Source: a bacterium
GTDB taxonomy: Bacteria > UBP7 > UBA6624 > JBBIMK01
DNA length: 32,000 nt
Direction: 5' to 3'
Assembly (NCBI GenBank): GCA_037444445.1
Contig: JBBIMK010000018.1
Coordinates: forward strand, 7,535 to 39,534
In this document: in pieces, positions 17,892 through 26,762 of the stretch
Position numbering within the stretch: the stretch's first letter is position 1
Layout: the number at the start of each line of letters is the position of its first letter
The notes under the pieces: model-generated
Told to the model about the DNA's origin: nothing
The model's input: only the letters and a program-made list of their open reading frames with translations
The model's database searches: none
Program-made: the position numbers and the translations under genes

Positions 17892-18832
17892 TTACACCCA
17901 ATCCGACGGCTCACCGGTTGTTGAAAGAGGTGCTTCACTCCCGGCGAGATGAAGGCACCTTTCTATTTTACGGGCCGGAGGGGAGCGGCTTACTCCGTAG
18001 CGCCCTGAACTTCGTCCTCGCTTCTGCCTGCGAACGCCGGGAAGAATTGAAGGCGGAACAAGACTGGTGTGGTCAATGTTCCTCCTGCAAGCAAATCCAT
18101 CGGTTAACTTACCCGGACCTGCTGGTCGTTCGTCGTGTGAAAAAAGAGATTCAGATTGATATGATTCGTCATGCTCTCTACTGGACGAAATTAAAAGCCT
18201 TTTGTAATAAGCGTTATCTGGTGATAGAGGAAGCGGAGAGAATGAATGCAGAAACGGCCAACGCGGCTCTGAAGTTATTTGAAGAGCCAGCAGAAAAAGT
18301 GGTGTTAATCCTGACGGCTCATCACCCCTGGCTCCTGCTTCCCACGGTGCTTTCTCGCGCCTTCAAAGTGTTCGCCCTGCCTCCCTCCCCTCACGACCTG
18401 CGGGGGTCTATGGATAGCCTCTCCCTCTTCTATGATGGACGAGAGGAATCTATTCAGAAGTGGAAACCTCTTTTTGAATCCCTCCGGAAGCCGACTTTTG
18501 ACTTCTATTTACTGTGGCGCCAGGGTGCCCACTGGATGAGTCTGGTAAATTACCTTCAGCAAACGCCGGAGTTATACAGCGATGCAGAGCCACTGGATTT
18601 GACTTTTCGGCTTCTGGTGGGTTTCCTGCGGGATGAGATGACCCTGGGAAACGGTGGAAATAACCTGCTTTTCCCGGAGCATCAGGAATCACTGAAAGAT
18701 TTGCATGCCACTCAACCTCTTCCCAACCCTGTTCAGGTGCTGGAGGCTTTTTATCGTGCGAGAATTCTGCTATACTCTACTCGGATGAATCGTCAGTTGT
18801 TGCTGGAACGAGCCATGCTGGAGGCTGGATGA
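17888..18832 (+). CDS. holB: DNA polymerase III subunit delta'
   Basis: Degenerate AAA+ 'FLFYGPEGSG', Zn-module 'CGQCSSCKQ', 'YPDL', 'ANAALKLFEEP', 'SR'. tmk-holB-yaaT synteny. TTG start overlaps the tmk stop. Confidence 0.85.
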   Translation: MITPNPTAHRLLKEVLHSRRDEGTFLFYGPEGSGLLRSALNFVLASACERREELKAEQDWCGQCSSCKQIHRLTYPDLLVVRRVKKEIQIDMIRHALYWTKLKAFCNKRYLVIEEAERMNAETANAALKLFEEPAEKVVLILTAHHPWLLLPTVLSRAFKVFALPPSPHDLRGSMDSLSLFYDGREESIQKWKPLFESLRKPTFDFYLLWRQGAHWMSLVNYLQQTPELYSDAEPLDLTFRLLVGFLRDEMTLGNGGNNLLFPEHQESLKDLHATQPLPNPVQVLEAFYRARILLYSTRMNRQLLLERAMLEAG

Positions 18833-19665
18833 ACATGCAGAGCGTGGAGGTCAGTCTTCATAAAACCAAAGATATTGTACTGGCAGATGCGGGTTTTCTA
18901 TCCGTCCATCCACGGATGATGGTTCTGGTGGAGGAGGGGCGCGGAGTGGATGCAGGGCGGGTGATATCTGCCCCCCGGTTTGTGGAGGAGAACTCTCATT
19001 CTCTCCCGAAAATCCTTCGCATCCTGACAACCCAGGACTTGAACCGTCTGGCTTCGTTAGAAAAAAGGGAGCCCGCCGCTGTGAGCACCTGCGAGACTCT
19101 CGTGAAAGAATTGAACCTTCCTATAAAAATTATCGCGGCCGAATATACGCTGGATACCACCCGGCTCATCTTTTACTTTCTGTCGGAGGAACGGGTAGAT
19201 TTTCGTGAACTGGTTCGGCGATTGGCAGGGATTTATAAGCGGCGAATAGAAATGCGGCAGGTCGGACCCCGGGATGTAACCCGAATCTACGGCGGAATCG
19301 GCTCCTGCGGCCGGCCTACCTGCTGTTCCTCCCACCTGAAAAACTTTGAGAGAGTGTCGGGTGAGATGGCGGAAATGCAATTTTTGCCCACTACATCCAG
19401 CAAGATTTTGGGGCTCTGCGGGCTTTTGAAATGCTGTCTACGCTACGAATATCCTGCCTATCAGGCGATAGGGTTGCGGTTGCCTCCGATGGGAGGAAAA
19501 GTCCTTTCCCCGCAAGGAGAAGGGCTGGTGATTGGCGTGGATGTTTATAACGAAATCGCGACCTTGAAAATTCTGGGCACTACGGAAGTGGTGAAATTCC
19601 CTTTTCACGAACTATCCAGGCCCTTCCAGGGAGGATGTATGGACCGTGCAGAGAGAACGAATTAA
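18829..19665 (+). CDS. ricT: PSP1-domain protein (YaaT/RicT family)
   Basis: PSP1 core 'RLIFYFLSEERVDFRELVRRLAGIYKRRIEMRQVGPRD', Cys cluster 'GSCGRPTCCSS..CGLLKCCLRYE'. Conserved position after holB. Confidence 0.88.
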   Translation: MNMQSVEVSLHKTKDIVLADAGFLSVHPRMMVLVEEGRGVDAGRVISAPRFVEENSHSLPKILRILTTQDLNRLASLEKREPAAVSTCETLVKELNLPIKIIAAEYTLDTTRLIFYFLSEERVDFRELVRRLAGIYKRRIEMRQVGPRDVTRIYGGIGSCGRPTCCSSHLKNFERVSGEMAEMQFLPTTSSKILGLCGLLKCCLRYEYPAYQAIGLRLPPMGGKVLSPQGEGLVIGVDVYNEIATLKILGTTEVVKFPFHELSRPFQGGCMDRAERTN

Positions 19666-19668
19666 ATC

Positions 19669-19755
19669 TGGTGCCGAAGGGGGGAGTCGAACCCCCACGG
19701 GCTTTCACCCACTACACCCTGAATGTAGCGCGTCTGCCAGTTCCGCCACTTCGGC
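19669..19755 (-). tRNA. tRNA-Leu (anticodon CAG), CCA encoded
   Basis: The reverse complement folds by hand into a cloverleaf. Acceptor stem GCCGAAG/CUUCGGC, 3-bp D-stem, anticodon stem CUACA/UGUAG with loop UUCAGGG (CAG), long variable arm UGGGUGAAAGCCCG, T-arm GGGGG-UUCGACU-CCCCC, discriminator A plus CCA. Length 87 nt. Confidence 0.93.
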
Positions 19756-19766
19756 ACATCACTTTT

Positions 19767-19795
19767 ATTCTATCTCACTCGCTCTCGCCCGTCAA
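19767..19795 (-). promoter_or_regulatory. Near-consensus sigma70-type promoter for tRNA-Leu
   Basis: On the minus strand: TTGACG (19795-19790), a 17-nt spacer, then TAGAAT (19772-19767). tRNA nucleotide 1 is 11 nt downstream of the -10. Confidence 0.6.
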
Positions 19796-19797
19796 GC

Positions 19798-20988
19798 ATG
19801 ACGCTACCGCAGATACTCCTGCTGATAAAAGTGTTAAGCCTTCTCATCCTTATTCTTTTTGTTCTACTGGTTTATGTGATTTTTCGGGCTATTGTTAGAG
19901 GGTTAAGCCTGCTGGATAAGTATCTCCTCTCGGAAACTTTACTGTGGCTTTTTCCTGTTTATTTGGGATTCATTATTGTAATGGTAGGGAATGATTTCTT
20001 CTTGATGGTGGGATGGATAATAGAAAAGCAAATTCCTCCTGCTATTGTGATGAAACTGCTATTTCTGCGTGCTCCAATATGGATGGCACTGGGAATCCCC
20101 GTAGCGGTCCTGTTCTCGGTTCTACTCGGCATAGGCAGGCTTGCTAACGACAATGAAATCAGCGCTCTGAGAACCAGCGGGGTGAGCCTCATACGAATGT
20201 TAATTCCCCTTCTTTTCGTGGGAATTTTTGCCAGTTATGCCACCTGGTATATCAATGAAAAAATAGTACCCCCAAATCTGAAAGCCTATTATCAGTTATC
20301 CGTTCAATGGGGTGCTTCTTCAGTGATGGAAACCATCAAACCTCAGCGGTTCTTATCAGCCCCCAAAAACCGGTATTTTTATTTTAATCAGGTAGATGTG
20401 GAGAACAACCGCGCCTATGGTGTGATGATGCTGGATTTTGAAGGGAGTTTATACCCCCGCCGGATAGTTGCGGCTAAATTGGCCGTGATTGAGGAAAATA
20501 TCCTGCATCTGGAGAATGTGAGAGAAATGCGATTCACGATGGATGGCCGATTGGAAGCCATTTCTCAATCGCTAAATAATTCCATAGATGTGGGGAGAGA
20601 TGTTGTTCAGAATATCCGACCCCCGGAAAATCCTGTTACCCAGTCTTTCCTGGAACTGACCTCCTCCTGTAAGAAGAAAGCGAAAGCAGGTTCTCCCAAA
20701 AAGGATATAGACATCTGCATTACGGAGAAGCACTTCAAATTGTCCCTCCCTCTCGTGGCATTGATGATGGTGCTGGTGGCATTCCCACTGTCCGCTCGAG
20801 CCACCCGTGGTGCTCGTTATCTGGCACTATTTTATAGTATATTTTTATATGGCTTGTATTATATCCTGAACAGCGGAACCAAGATACTGGGATACAGTGG
20901 CATAGTTCCGGCTGCCCTGGCTGGATGGCTCACCACCGGGACCTTCTTTGTCATCGGGCTATTTTTGCTTATTCGGGGAGAACGATGA
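19798..20988 (+). CDS. LptF/LptG-family (YjgP/YjgQ) LPS export permease
   Basis: 'LLDKYLLSETLL', 'LGIGRLANDNEISALRTSGVSLIRMLIPLLF', a periplasmic beta-jellyroll segment and C-terminal TM helices. The start is uncertain: ATG 19798 abuts the tRNA promoter, and in-frame GTG 19876 (..IFRAIVRGLSLLDKYLL) gives a more typical N-terminus. Confidence 0.85.
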   Translation: MTLPQILLLIKVLSLLILILFVLLVYVIFRAIVRGLSLLDKYLLSETLLWLFPVYLGFIIVMVGNDFFLMVGWIIEKQIPPAIVMKLLFLRAPIWMALGIPVAVLFSVLLGIGRLANDNEISALRTSGVSLIRMLIPLLFVGIFASYATWYINEKIVPPNLKAYYQLSVQWGASSVMETIKPQRFLSAPKNRYFYFNQVDVENNRAYGVMMLDFEGSLYPRRIVAAKLAVIEENILHLENVREMRFTMDGRLEAISQSLNNSIDVGRDVVQNIRPPENPVTQSFLELTSSCKKKAKAGSPKKDIDICITEKHFKLSLPLVALMMVLVAFPLSARATRGARYLALFYSIFLYGLYYILNSGTKILGYSGIVPAALAGWLTTGTFFVIGLFLLIRGER

Positions 20989-23231
20989 GAGCCTTTCGTT
21001 TTCCTCTGCTCATTCTTTTTTTCTATTTTTTCCTGCTTTCCACCGCCCGGGGGCAACTTTTTAAGATTACCTTTGAAGCGGAGAATTTTACCACGATGGA
21101 TGAAGGGGATTCCTTCTACGGCTGGGGCGGGTCAAAAGTCTCCTTCGCCGAAACCAGCCTGGAAGCCGAGGAACTGCTGTTGATGAAAAAGGAGGGGAAA
21201 ATCGTCGCCAAAGGCGATGTGAAAATGAGCAAGCCCGGACTGGGCGTATTCGCAGAGGAAATGGTCATTGACTTCTATTCCGGCTATTTTGAAATGCGGA
21301 ATGCCTCTGGCTACTTCACCGTGGAAACTGCTCCCAACGAACTTTTCTATTTCTCTGGCGAAGAATTAAAGGGCTACCCCAATCGGTTTATCGCCAGAAA
21401 AGCCTATATCACCAGTTGCTCTTTTGACTGCCCCCAGGAATACCATATCCAGGGAAGCAAAGCGGTGGTGAAGCCGGGGAAAAGCATGGAGGTCTGGAAT
21501 GCCTCCGGCTGGGTAGGCTCCATTCCCATCCTCTACCTGCCTTATATGTACATTGACTTGACCGAACGGAACAGCCGATGGCAGGCTTTAGTGGGAAAGA
21601 ACAAAACGGAAGGAAAATTTTTGAAATCCTCCTATACTTACGCCATGCGCCCCTCGTTTATCGGGATTCTTTTCTTTGATTGGATGCAGAAAAAGGGCAC
21701 TCGCTATGCTATTCAAGACACCTATCGTGTCAGGCGATTTGGCGACCAGTTAGGCTCTTTCTCTTATTCAACGAATAAAGACAAACTCACGAAGCGACGC
21801 AATGAATCCTGGAGCCTGAAACAGGGATTTCTCAAAGGAAAACTGAAATCCGATATAACCTTACAGCGGAATAACACTTACAATACCACAGGACCCCGGG
21901 CAAATAACTTTAACTCCTCTTTCAGTTTAAGTGGTATCAACCCCAACTTTAATTTCGGGTATACCCAAACGGGCGGAACCTCAAAATCCCTCAATCTGAC
22001 TGGAAAGATGGGCGATACCCGGAAGATTTTCGGATTCTCTTCCAATCTCACTTTGAACTTTACAGGCAGCAAATCCGCTCAAAAGGCAATGAACCAGGAA
22101 CTGACTCTCAACCAGACCTTCACCGGCAAACCCGGTAAACTTTTTTCTAACTTGACGATTACCGTCGCCAAGCGATGGGACCTGGATGGTTCAAAATTTA
22201 CAGGAGACCCCTTTACCGGTATGGACAAGTTCCCCGAAATGAAATTCTCATTGAACCCCAAACTTTTCCAGGATTCCTTGTTGAAAAAACTATTCCTTTT
22301 ATCGGCGGTCAATTTCACCCTTGCAGCACAGAAGACTCAGACTGCTACGAGACAGGTTAAAGATTTGGTGCTGGGAGAAACGGAACTAAGCCAGCAGGCA
22401 AATATCAAATTTTCTAAAAGCCTTGGCCTTACGCTCGGCCACCGGTTCACTCAGGGGATATATGGAACCGGGGATGCCAAGTATGGGGTTCAGCCTCAGG
22501 CTACTCTCCGGTGGGACCACTCCAGGACCTTCCACAGCAATTTTGTTTATGGCTACAGCCGGGAGCACGGTAACAACCCCCTTCGCGGGGGTGCTATCGC
22601 CGGGCAGAATAATCTCACCTATAACCTGAATGCTGGCAGAAGTCCGAAATGGAGCTTCACGCTTGGTACCGGTTTCAACTACAATGATAATAAATTCTCT
22701 CCTCTCACCTTCAGTTATAACCCAAAGCCCAGCCGAAACTTTAATCTCATTCTTTCTTCCGGGTATGACCTGGAAAATAATAAATTTTCAGACCTCACTT
22801 ACAAGCAAACTCTGGATAAGAAACAGGGCTGGCTTTTCTGGGATGCGGGTTTCAGTTATAGCATTGAAAAGAACAAATTTCAGCGCTTTGACACTACATT
22901 GAGAATGAACCTGAGTGGGGGGTACAATATCCAGACCAAAGGGTCCTGGACCCCCACAGATAAGGTGCCTTTTATTAAAGAAATCATTCTGAACAAGCAA
23001 AATTGCTGCACCTTTTATCAACTTGTTTATCGGTCGCAAACCAAAGAGATATTCCTCAACTGGGGCATTACTGCCTTTCCCCAGTATTTCGTCGGTCTGT
23101 CGCATGGGGATGAAGGTCTTCTATTTACCCACATTCCGGGCAGGGAATTCGTGGAGAAAGGCGTGGGAGGGCCCCCGGCATCGGGCGTTGGGACTGGAGG
23201 TGGTTATAGCGGTGGCTATTCGTCGTATTAA
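20985..23231 (+). CDS. lptD: LptD/OstA-family outer-membrane LPS-assembly protein
   Basis: Signal peptide 'MRAFRFPLLILFFYFFLLSTARG' from ATG 20985 (ATGA overlap with the permease; the ORF-track start 20925 is an extension). OstA-like N-domain. 'AYITSCSFDCPQEYHI..' and 'IPILYLPYMYIDL' match LptD signatures. Long beta-rich C-terminus with a Gly/Ser/Tyr tail ending in Tyr, an OMP-type terminal aromatic. Confidence 0.8.
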   Translation: MRAFRFPLLILFFYFFLLSTARGQLFKITFEAENFTTMDEGDSFYGWGGSKVSFAETSLEAEELLLMKKEGKIVAKGDVKMSKPGLGVFAEEMVIDFYSGYFEMRNASGYFTVETAPNELFYFSGEELKGYPNRFIARKAYITSCSFDCPQEYHIQGSKAVVKPGKSMEVWNASGWVGSIPILYLPYMYIDLTERNSRWQALVGKNKTEGKFLKSSYTYAMRPSFIGILFFDWMQKKGTRYAIQDTYRVRRFGDQLGSFSYSTNKDKLTKRRNESWSLKQGFLKGKLKSDITLQRNNTYNTTGPRANNFNSSFSLSGINPNFNFGYTQTGGTSKSLNLTGKMGDTRKIFGFSSNLTLNFTGSKSAQKAMNQELTLNQTFTGKPGKLFSNLTITVAKRWDLDGSKFTGDPFTGMDKFPEMKFSLNPKLFQDSLLKKLFLLSAVNFTLAAQKTQTATRQVKDLVLGETELSQQANIKFSKSLGLTLGHRFTQGIYGTGDAKYGVQPQATLRWDHSRTFHSNFVYGYSREHGNNPLRGGAIAGQNNLTYNLNAGRSPKWSFTLGTGFNYNDNKFSPLTFSYNPKPSRNFNLILSSGYDLENNKFSDLTYKQTLDKKQGWLFWDAGFSYSIEKNKFQRFDTTLRMNLSGGYNIQTKGSWTPTDKVPFIKEIILNKQNCCTFYQLVYRSQTKEIFLNWGITAFPQYFVGLSHGDEGLLFTHIPGREFVEKGVGGPPASGVGTGGGYSGGYSSY

Positions 23232-23979
23232 CCGGCTTATTCTCACAGGATTCTTCCTGCCTGTCCTCCTTCCCTCCTGCGCCCGAACCAATATTCCGGA
23301 ACCCCCCAGAAAACAGATAGAAATAACTGTGGCAATGAATGGCACTCTTGACCCTGCTCTCTTCTACTTCATCGTATTCCAGGTGGATAACAACCCGGGT
23401 GATGGACCTTCTCCGGATGTTTCCGGGGAAAAGCGTGCCAGAAACTGGTCCTGTTATATCCTCTTTACCGGTGATACTCGCCTCGTGGGCGGTGTAGAGA
23501 CCTTCCTGTACAAAGCCATTGACCCGACGAACTCCGATGATAAGTTCGCTCTTCCCGCTCCCCTCATCAATCAGCCTTTCTCCATTTTTCCGTATACCCG
23601 AAAATTTTCAAGAAGCATTCGGGGGCAAGCCCGCACGAGCAATGCCCTGGTCGTCCTGCTGGAGCGGGATGAGTTTTTAGGCCCCTCTACCGCCCAGAAC
23701 CCCACTCCCTGCTTGATGAACTCTCAGCAAACCTTCACCCGTTTTGATATTACTTTCCTCGTGGCAACGGCAGGCGTGGATGAAATCACCAATCCCCCTA
23801 CCCCTCCAGAACCGGGTCAGGTCTGGGATGCTATTGATTCCCTGTATATTCAGATTAACAACACGAACCCGGGTCAGTTATACAATGCAGACCTCAACGC
23901 GAGTGCTGAAAACCAGGTATTGGACGACGCCCCTGTCCCTGCCGCCGACATCAAATGGTGGGAAGTTCGCTTCAAGTAA
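23212..23979 (+). CDS. Hypothetical lipoprotein
   Basis: From GTG 23212 (or 23200) the N-terminus reads (M)AIRRINRLILTGFFLPVLLPSC-ART: a basic n-region, a hydrophobic core and a lipobox-like LPSC. GGAGGTG SD at about 23196-23202. I recognise no family for the mature part. The ORF-track start 23023 lies inside lptD. Confidence 0.6.
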   Translation: MAIRRINRLILTGFFLPVLLPSCARTNIPEPPRKQIEITVAMNGTLDPALFYFIVFQVDNNPGDGPSPDVSGEKRARNWSCYILFTGDTRLVGGVETFLYKAIDPTNSDDKFALPAPLINQPFSIFPYTRKFSRSIRGQARTSNALVVLLERDEFLGPSTAQNPTPCLMNSQQTFTRFDITFLVATAGVDEITNPPTPPEPGQVWDAIDSLYIQINNTNPGQLYNADLNASAENQVLDDAPVPAADIKWWEVRFK

Positions 23980-23986
23980 TGCTCTC

Positions 23987-25780
23987 ATGAAGTTTCCCCT
24001 TCGTTTTCCCCCTCTGCCATCAGCACTATTGCTTGCTTTTCTCTTTTCCCTCCCGGCTGTGATTCAACGATTCAATGTGGAATCCAAAGATAAACAGATT
24101 CTGCTGCTGATAGACCATCGTTCATATTTTCGCCTCGCCATCCTGAAAGGGCTCACCCTTTCCGATTACCTGAAAGATATACAGCCTCTGGGTGTCCTTG
24201 TTCTGGAGGAAGAAACCTTTGAAGATTTACTCCAGCGGGGCGACCTGACTATCCAACCGGAGGGTAGCACTCTGCGGATTTCGTCCACAAGCCAGCAAAC
24301 TTTGAACAGGGCTGGGCAAGCCTTAACCCTCCATTTTCCCGGTTCTGTTTCTGTTACTCCAGAGCGAAATGCTTATCGTTTTCAGGGAACCTATGAAGAC
24401 TTAAGGAAGACCGGCGCTCTGTTTGACCCTGAACTGCTGGAGCAGTTGAAGGAATATCCTATCCCCTTCCTCCTGCGACCCAGAAATCCGACCTACATAA
24501 CAACGGAAATCCTTTATGGGATACTGGGTTATACTTTAATGCATTCCGATATTCCATTGCTTCTTTCAGGGGGCGATGAAGCCCTGGGCTACCCTCGGAG
24601 CCTGCCCGAGGTGGCTCAAAAATGGAATGGCTATATCGCCGCGGTGGAATTCAGCGAACAGAAGGGACTGGATAGCCTCATTATTTCAGCGCCCGATAAA
24701 GCCGTCCGAGTTCACAGCATCTCGGATAAAGAACTTCCACGCTATACACCGGATAAAGCGTTAGCCCGGTATGTCCGAGCCGTGAAAGAAAGGAAGGTTC
24801 GCATTCTGTATCTTCGCCCCCTCACAGGCCTGACTTACTCGGAGAACTTAACTTTCCTTCATACCCTCAGGCAAAAGTTATCTTCCCTGGGTTATCCTAC
24901 CGGGGATTTTACATCGGAAGACATTCATATTTCCTTGCTTTATTATCTGCTCACTCTCATGGGGCTTTTTTTGATACTCTGGTTCGCTGTCCATGAATTT
25001 CCCTGGCGTGGAGATGTGAAAGCGGCTGCGTTTTCTCTTATCCTTCTGAGTTTTTTTATCGCTCTGGGCGGGAGAACTTCCCTGACCTATAAACTCCCTT
25101 TTTTTCTTCTATCTTCCACTCTTATACCCGTGGCATTTCTTCATGAATCCTGGAAAAATGGAAAACTAAACTGGCTTCGGCTCACGACGATGAACTATTT
25201 ACTGGGTTTCATCCTTTCCTCATTCCTGCTGGACACTTCATTACTGCGTGGCGTGATTCCTTCCCCGGGTGTAAAACTTTCCATCCTGCTTCCTCTGGTT
25301 CTGGTTGCTTTTTACTTTTTCAGCGGCGGATACTCCCTCCGGGCTTTGCAATCCACTGCCATTTCCCTCTGGGATATGGGTTGGATTCTTATGGCTATGG
25401 GGGCTGTGGGCATCCTCTTATTGAGGAGTGGAAACATCTCCGGGGTAGTTTTACCGGGAGAAGAGGCGGTGAGGAATTTTCTGGAGACCTATTTACCCGC
25501 CCGCCCGCGTTTCAAAGAACTTTTTACCCATCCCATTTTCATTCTTCTGGGCGCTTTCCCCAGGCAAGAGAAAAACCTGCTGTGGGCGATGGCTGGAACC
25601 CTGGGGTTCGTGGGACAGGTATCCATTGTAAATGCCTTCCTCCACCTCCATACCCCACTCGTGCTTACCCTCCAGAGAGCGTTACTGGGGATGATATTTG
25701 GGGGATTGGCAGGATGGCTGATACTTCAAGGGGTTCTGTTATATGAACGGGCTTCTGGTAGGGTATTTTGGCGCCGGTAA
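23987..25780 (+). CDS. Large polytopic membrane protein of unknown function: N-terminal anchor, about 330-aa extracytoplasmic domain, about 8-10 C-terminal TM helices. Resembles the 'DUF5693'-type proteins I recall next to csaB.
   Basis: ATG 23987 gives 'MKFPLRFPPLPSALLLAFLFSLPAVI' (the ORF-track start 23744 overlaps the lipoprotein gene). The C-terminal half is a run of hydrophobic helices (LLYYLLTLMGLFLILWFAV .. ILLSFFIALGG .. FFLLSSTLIPVAFL .. etc.). Immediately followed by csaB and tagA. Confidence 0.6.
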   Translation: MKFPLRFPPLPSALLLAFLFSLPAVIQRFNVESKDKQILLLIDHRSYFRLAILKGLTLSDYLKDIQPLGVLVLEEETFEDLLQRGDLTIQPEGSTLRISSTSQQTLNRAGQALTLHFPGSVSVTPERNAYRFQGTYEDLRKTGALFDPELLEQLKEYPIPFLLRPRNPTYITTEILYGILGYTLMHSDIPLLLSGGDEALGYPRSLPEVAQKWNGYIAAVEFSEQKGLDSLIISAPDKAVRVHSISDKELPRYTPDKALARYVRAVKERKVRILYLRPLTGLTYSENLTFLHTLRQKLSSLGYPTGDFTSEDIHISLLYYLLTLMGLFLILWFAVHEFPWRGDVKAAAFSLILLSFFIALGGRTSLTYKLPFFLLSSTLIPVAFLHESWKNGKLNWLRLTTMNYLLGFILSSFLLDTSLLRGVIPSPGVKLSILLPLVLVAFYFFSGGYSLRALQSTAISLWDMGWILMAMGAVGILLLRSGNISGVVLPGEEAVRNFLETYLPARPRFKELFTHPIFILLGAFPRQEKNLLWAMAGTLGFVGQVSIVNAFLHLHTPLVLTLQRALLGMIFGGLAGWLILQGVLLYERASGRVFWRR

Positions 25781-26762
25781 TGTGGGGGATGAAGGCTACC
25801 TCCATCTCCTGGCACCTCTTCAGGAATCCACTTCCTGGCGGTGGTTGGTTCTCAGCCGAAATGTTCGGGAGACAAAGAAACTCGGGCTCAGGGCTGTGCC
25901 TGCCTTTTCTCCCACAGCGGTTTTTTCTGCCATAAGAAATGTGGACGGAGTGATATTCCCGGGCGGGAATGTGCTTCAGAACGCCACCAGTTCCCGGAGC
26001 CTGATGTATTATCTTTTCTTGCTCCGTCTGGCTCATACCTTTCTCAAACCCGTGATTTTCCTCTCCCAGGGAGTAGGACCCCTTTTAGGAAACTCCATAG
26101 TTCATCAGGCAATTCGGCAAATTCAACAGGCAAAAATATTCTGTGCCCGGGATGATTATACTCACAACCTTTTGGCGAAAGAGGGCTTTCCAGCTGAAAA
26201 GTTGCAGAGAACTGCTGACCTCTCCTTTCTGCTTCCTCCATCTTACATCCTTCCTCCTCTACCTCCGAGAACCTATTTCGCGGTGTGCATAAAATCCGGC
26301 TCTCGTGAAAAACTCCGAGCCTTCTGCCGATTGCTCTCGGATTCGCCTTATCCTCTCCTTTTCTGTCCGTTTCATCCAGCCGATGTTTCTTTTCATCAAG
26401 AAATAGCAGGGTGCTTACCGCGTGCGAAGTGCTTATATAGAGTTCCTTCACCCGAGGAAGGTAAAGGGATGATATTTCAATCGGCAGGAGTCATCGGCGA
26501 GCGTTTGCACAGCCTGTATTTTGCCTATGAAGCCGGTGTGCCGTTCACTGCTTTCTCCTCAGACCCCAAAATCCAGGCCTTCTGCGAGGAGGTCCACTTC
26601 CCCTGTCTACCCTCTGATTTAGATTCACTCCTAACAGAGAATTCAAAGGTGGTTTTCCACCCTCTGCTGACAAAGGGTCAAAATTTTGATAAACTTGAAG
26701 AATTGAAGAGGAAAGCAAGAATGAATTTAACGGTGCTGGGAGATTTTTTGAATGAGAGTTGA
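25743..26762 (+). CDS. csaB: Polysaccharide pyruvyl transferase CsaB
   Basis: 'LLVGYFGAGNVGDEGYL', 'IFPGGNVLQNATSSRSLMYYLFLL', 'FLSQGVGPL'. These are the characteristic CsaB blocks. 38-nt overlap with the upstream gene. Confidence 0.85.
   Translation: MNGLLVGYFGAGNVGDEGYLHLLAPLQESTSWRWLVLSRNVRETKKLGLRAVPAFSPTAVFSAIRNVDGVIFPGGNVLQNATSSRSLMYYLFLLRLAHTFLKPVIFLSQGVGPLLGNSIVHQAIRQIQQAKIFCARDDYTHNLLAKEGFPAEKLQRTADLSFLLPPSYILPPLPPRTYFAVCIKSGSREKLRAFCRLLSDSPYPLLFCPFHPADVSFHQEIAGCLPRAKCLYRVPSPEEGKGMIFQSAGVIGERLHSLYFAYEAGVPFTAFSSDPKIQAFCEEVHFPCLPSDLDSLLTENSKVVFHPLLTKGQNFDKLEELKRKARMNLTVLGDFLNES

Noticed and set aside
19635-19898. 87-aa plus-strand ORF between yaaT and the Lpt permease
   Set aside because: It is read straight through the antisense of tRNA-Leu and its promoter. 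The tRNA cloverleaf accounts for the sequence.
20925-20984. Long in-frame N-terminal extensions in the ORF track (starts at 4812, 20925, 23023, 23744, 27299, 28017, 28886)
   Set aside because: Each extension lies inside the preceding, well-supported gene in another frame. An internal start in every case gives a canonical N-terminus (a signal peptide, lipobox or conserved family N-terminus) with a short overlap, so I used the downstream starts.
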